From contig CAVWVQ010000003.1 in NCBI GenBank assembly GCA_963758525.1, forward strand, positions 2,432,001 through 2,496,000: DNA of 64,000 nt, given 5' to 3'. Below the pieces are notes generated by a model. That model searched no databases. It was not told where the DNA came from and saw nothing but the letters and a program-made list of their open reading frames with translations. Within the stretch, counting starts at the first letter, position 1, and every line of letters starts with the position of its first letter. Source of the DNA: an uncultured Phycisphaerales bacterium (GTDB lineage Bacteria; Planctomycetota; Phycisphaerae; Tepidisphaerales; Tepidisphaeraceae). The translations under genes and the position numbers were made by a program. Positions 60,477 through 64,000 of the stretch are shown in pieces.

Positions 60477-61177
60477 TCACTGCTCCTGCCGCGCTTTCGC
60501 CTCGAGCGCGGCGAAGATTCGCCTCAACCGTACGGCGATGGTTTGCACGCACCCGATGATCACGAGCAGGCATGTCAGGTCCAATAATGTCAGCGATCCC
60601 AAACTGATATGGCCCCAATTCCACCGAAGCTGAGCGAAGGTGAGCCACGCGCCGATATGCAGAGCGACCATCCGCCAGGGCTTGGACATGACGCCGCCGA
60701 ACTGGCGGCTCGCTCCGACCGCCTGCCCAAACATGCCGACATATGCCGTCAACAATGCCATCATCGCCGCCCAGTATCCGCTTGCGGGCGCGCACAGCCC
60801 GCTGTGTGCAACCCCCGCGAAAATCAGGATGTCCGACACCCTGTCCGGCAGATCATTGAGGATCTCCCCGCGCCAACTCGCCTTGTCGGCGCTGATGGCG
60901 ACCATTCCGTCGAGCATATTGAGCCACAACCGCAGGTAACAAAGCAGTGGGGCGATGATCAGGAGCCATGGCTGGCGGAATGCGCCCAGAAACAGAGCCC
61001 GGCGCCGGCCGCCGCCACCATCGATAGATAGGAGATCGTGTCGGGATCAACGTTCCAGCGGACGCAGAGACGGACAGGTAAACCGGCAGTTTTGCGAAAT
61101 GCGTTGGCAATGGGTCGGCGCGACGTGGGTTGGTATGCAGCCTTGGCGGAAGTTCCCTGCTCCAAAAGACTGCTCAC
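60477..61177 (-). CDS. CDP-alcohol phosphatidyltransferase (YnbA-like) (frameshift near 60980)
   Basis: SRRPIA, PDTIS, NMLDGMVA...GEILNDLPDRVSD, GGVMSKPWR. Confidence 0.85.
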
Positions 61178-61178
61178 A

Positions 61179-61442
61179 TCAATTCCTCTGCCGGACTGTC
61201 GGACAACGCCCGACAGACTCAATCACGCGAACCGGAGTTTTTGATTCAATCGTCCACACCAGAGCGCGACCCGTCCCCTTTGTCCGACACAAACCAATTT
61301 CCTGCTCCAGTTGCTTCGTCCACGTCGGACACGGTCGGGCATACGGCAGGTTCAATCGTTCCTGCAGTTGCGCCCATGTTAAGCCATGAGCACTGCGTTG
61401 CAGTTGCCGGCGAATCAAATCTCGAAAATCGGTGTACCGCAT
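61179..61442 (-). CDS. Small hypothetical protein, possibly winged-helix
   Basis: MRYTDFRDLIRRQL...GLTWAQLQERLNLPYARPCPTW..LEQEIGL.R.KG..RALVW. Confidence 0.6.
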   Translation of the reverse strand: MRYTDFRDLIRRQLQRSAHGLTWAQLQERLNLPYARPCPTWTKQLEQEIGLCRTKGTGRALVWTIESKTPVRVIESVGRCPTVRQRN

Positions 61443-61621
61443 AAGCTGCCCTGGATCAGCCAGAAATCATCATCGTGCATATTTTCAGACACTCATCCAC
61501 CGTCCGAAAAGAGCGGTCTCCGCTACGTCCTGTCATCGCTAATGCGCAGTTCCTGCGGCTGATCGCCGAGCGGATGGCAATCACCCTCGGCTGCCCGCTG
61601 AGATGACGCCACCGTCGGCTC

Positions 61622-62536
61622 TCACTTTGCCTCCGCATAATGCCGGCGCACCTCTTTGGAATTCATCGCAAAGAGCAGCGCGACCGGATAGGACATGCTC
61701 ACCAGGGAGACGACCGCTACCACCCGCACCACTGCCAGGCCGGGAGAGTTGCCGCGCACGGGTAATCCTGCGAAGAACTCGAAAACCAGCATGCTGCTGA
61801 AGATGCCGGCGACGACGGCGAAGCATATTTTGATTGCGGCGTATCGCAGATGCCGTTTGCGGCTGCCGGGCGAGCCGCGCAGGAGCAGGATGCCGGCGAC
61901 GAAAAGATAAATCGCCAGGCCGAAGCTGCCGACGTCTTCGGCAACGACCATGGCGACGATGAACGAGTTGATGTGCATCTTTGCGAAGGGGCTGGCGGGA
62001 AATCCGCCCAACGGCGTGGAGAACGTCTGCCCGGCAGGGGTGATCGTCAGCATCGTTCCTCCCTGGGAAGCGCCGTGACCAATGCCGATGGTCACGGTAC
62101 CCGTCGAATCCTGCGAGGTCGATCGCGACCATCCGGACCGCTGGCCGATCAGGTGCTGATTGGGAGCCTGCAATGCGGCCGTGAGCGCCTGCAACTGCGC
62201 CGGGTTCAGTCCCTTCGGCGCCGAGGACTGCACGCTCGCGACCGTCTGTGAAACCTGAGCAGGCGTAAGCGGCGCGAATGCGGCCGGCTGCGCCGCCTGA
62301 GTTATTTGCGGCATCGCCTTTGTGATCATGTAGATGCCGAAAACTTCCATTCCCGTGATGAGACATGTGATCGCGCTCAGGCAAGCCAACACGATGCTCA
62401 CCACGCCCACCGCGATCAGGATGCCCGGCTGGCGCGCCACGACCGGCGTGGAATAGGCGATCGCCGCCAGGGGGATGTGCGACGCCGGATCGATGACGGA
62501 AGACGTTGCAGGAAGTTGCGGTACAAGTTCTGACAC
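61622..62536 (-). CDS. Hypothetical membrane protein
   Basis: RQPGILIAVGVVSI plus about four TM segments around a soluble loop. Confidence 0.65.
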   Translation of the reverse strand: MSELVPQLPATSSVIDPASHIPLAAIAYSTPVVARQPGILIAVGVVSIVLACLSAITCLITGMEVFGIYMITKAMPQITQAAQPAAFAPLTPAQVSQTVASVQSSAPKGLNPAQLQALTAALQAPNQHLIGQRSGWSRSTSQDSTGTVTIGIGHGASQGGTMLTITPAGQTFSTPLGGFPASPFAKMHINSFIVAMVVAEDVGSFGLAIYLFVAGILLLRGSPGSRKRHLRYAAIKICFAVVAGIFSSMLVFEFFAGLPVRGNSPGLAVVRVVAVVSLVSMSYPVALLFAMNSKEVRRHYAEAK

Positions 62537-62660
62537 GTAGCTCCCCGAATACTGAAAGCGCTGATCTTATACTGGAGCTGACGACGCAGCGTAATACCTG
62601 TGGGTCGATAAGCGACAACGGTCCGCCATGGAAGAGCTTCAGCCTGGGCGGGCCTTGCCT

Positions 62661-62781
62661 CGTGGCACGGCGTCCCGCCCGTGCTGGCGACGGGGGAGGA
62701 GAAGGGGCATCGGATCGCGAGGGGTTTTCCCAATTTCCGCGTCACCTGCATGGGCGAGACGGGCGAGACGTCCATGCCACG
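62661..62781. repeat. REP-like doublet, family C
   Basis: CGTGGCACGGCGTCCCGCCCGTGC ... GCATGGGCGAGAC...CCATGCCACG. Confidence 0.75.
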
Positions 62782-62791
62782 CGAAGCGAAT

Positions 62792-64000
62792 CTACTTTTT
62801 CGACTTCTTTGCAAACGAGATTGCATCGATCGCGGCTTGCGCCGCGGAGAGCCTGGCAATGGGGACGCGGAAGGGGCTGCAACTGACGTAGTCGAGGCCG
62901 ACCTCGTGGCAGAAGGTGACGCTCTTGGGGTCTCCGCCGTGCTCGCCGCAGATGCCGCACTTGATGCCGGGCCGGGAAGCTCGGCCTTTCTGAACGGCCA
63001 TGCGGACGAGTTGCCCCACGCCGGCGGTGTCGAGGCTCTGGAACGGATCGCGCTCGAGGATTTCTTTGGCGATGTAATCGGGAAGGAAACTGTTCACGTC
63101 GTCGCGGCTGTAGCCGAAGGTCATCTGCGTCAGATCGTTAGTGCCGAAGCTGAAGAACTCGGCGGTCTGGGCGAGTTCGTCGGCGGTCAGCGCGGCGCGG
63201 GGAACTTCGATCATCGTGCCGTAGAGGTAGGGGACCTTGACGCCCTGTTCCTTGAAGACGGCCTTGGCGGTTTCGTCGGTGAACTTCTTGAGATAGTCCA
63301 GCTCGGCTTTGGTGCCGGCAAGGGGGATCATGATTTCCGGCAGCACCGAAATCTTCTGTTTCTTGCATTCACAGGCGGCTTCGATGATCGCACGCACCTG
63401 CATCTCGAGAATTTCCGGGTAGGTGACCGCCAGGCGATCGCCGCGGTGGCCGAGCATCGGGTTGGATTCGTGGAGCTGCGAAACGCGGTGGCGCACCTGT
63501 TCGAGCGAGAGGCCCAGGCTGTGAGCGAGCTCGGCCTGCTCCTTTTCGGAGTGGGGGAGGAACTCGTGAAGCGGCGGGTCCAACAGGCGGATGGTGACGG
63601 GCAGGCCGGCCATCGCCTTGAAGATGCCGATGAAATCCTCGCGCTGGTAGGGGAGCAGTTTGGCCAGGGCGAGCTTGCGCCCTTCGATGTCGGTGGCGAG
63701 AATCATCTCACGCATGTTGTGGATGCGCTCCGCGTCGAAAAACATGTGCTCCGTCCGGCAAAGGCCGATCCCCTGAGCACAAATTCGCGGGCGCGGGCGG
63801 CGTCGGCGGGAGTGTCGGCATTGGTACGCACCTTGAGCGTGCGCAGCTTGTCGGCCCATTTCATAATGATGGCAAAGGGGCCGCTGACGCCTGGCGCAAC
63901 GGTGGGCATGGCGCCTTCAATGACCTCGCCGGTGGAGCCGTCGATGCTGAGCGTGTCATCGGGGCCGTACACTTTGCCGTTGATGGTCAGCGTTTTTTGC
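62792..64000 (-). CDS. ppdK: Pyruvate phosphate dikinase, C-terminal part (frameshift near 63775)
   Basis: [57 protein letters not shown]. Confidence 0.95.

Noticed and set aside
1..64000. tRNA, rRNA, retron or DGR components
   Set aside because: No cloverleaf or rRNA signature and no reverse transcriptase seen; the 194-bp repeat pair lacks adenine-specific variation.

Overview
GC-rich bacterial chromosome segment, most likely a planctomycete of class Phycisphaerae (Tepidisphaerales-like). This is inferred from a LEPRxLL-type N-terminal motif, TTQP/ATQP linkers and a DUF6677-like gene. It holds mostly housekeeping and envelope genes: folE, xylB, ATP-dependent ligase, osmC, a kdoO-like hydroxylase, ArnT/GT39-like transferases, nuoD/E/F, parB with a parS site, pepF, ynbA/C/D-like genes and partial ppdK. 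There is one complete IS5-family element and no rRNA, tRNA or CRISPR array. About a dozen genes carry apparent single-base frameshifts, most likely long-read consensus errors. Five observations stand out. (1) At least seven REP-like palindrome families and several short tandem repeats are present, and repeat-derived sequence has inserted in frame into four protein-coding genes. (2) MITE-like shells carry nested REP doublets, including a filled/empty site pair. (3) A ~2,600-aa DUF4347 surface protein with a C-terminal TM tail forms a tight operon with a hybrid kinase and an HD-GYP regulator. (4) An orphan parS-parB locus lies divergent from a membrane-anchored HTH/coiled-coil protein. (5) nuoD-E-F is interleaved with a toxin-antitoxin pair and other passenger genes. 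All family calls come from motif recognition, not database searches.
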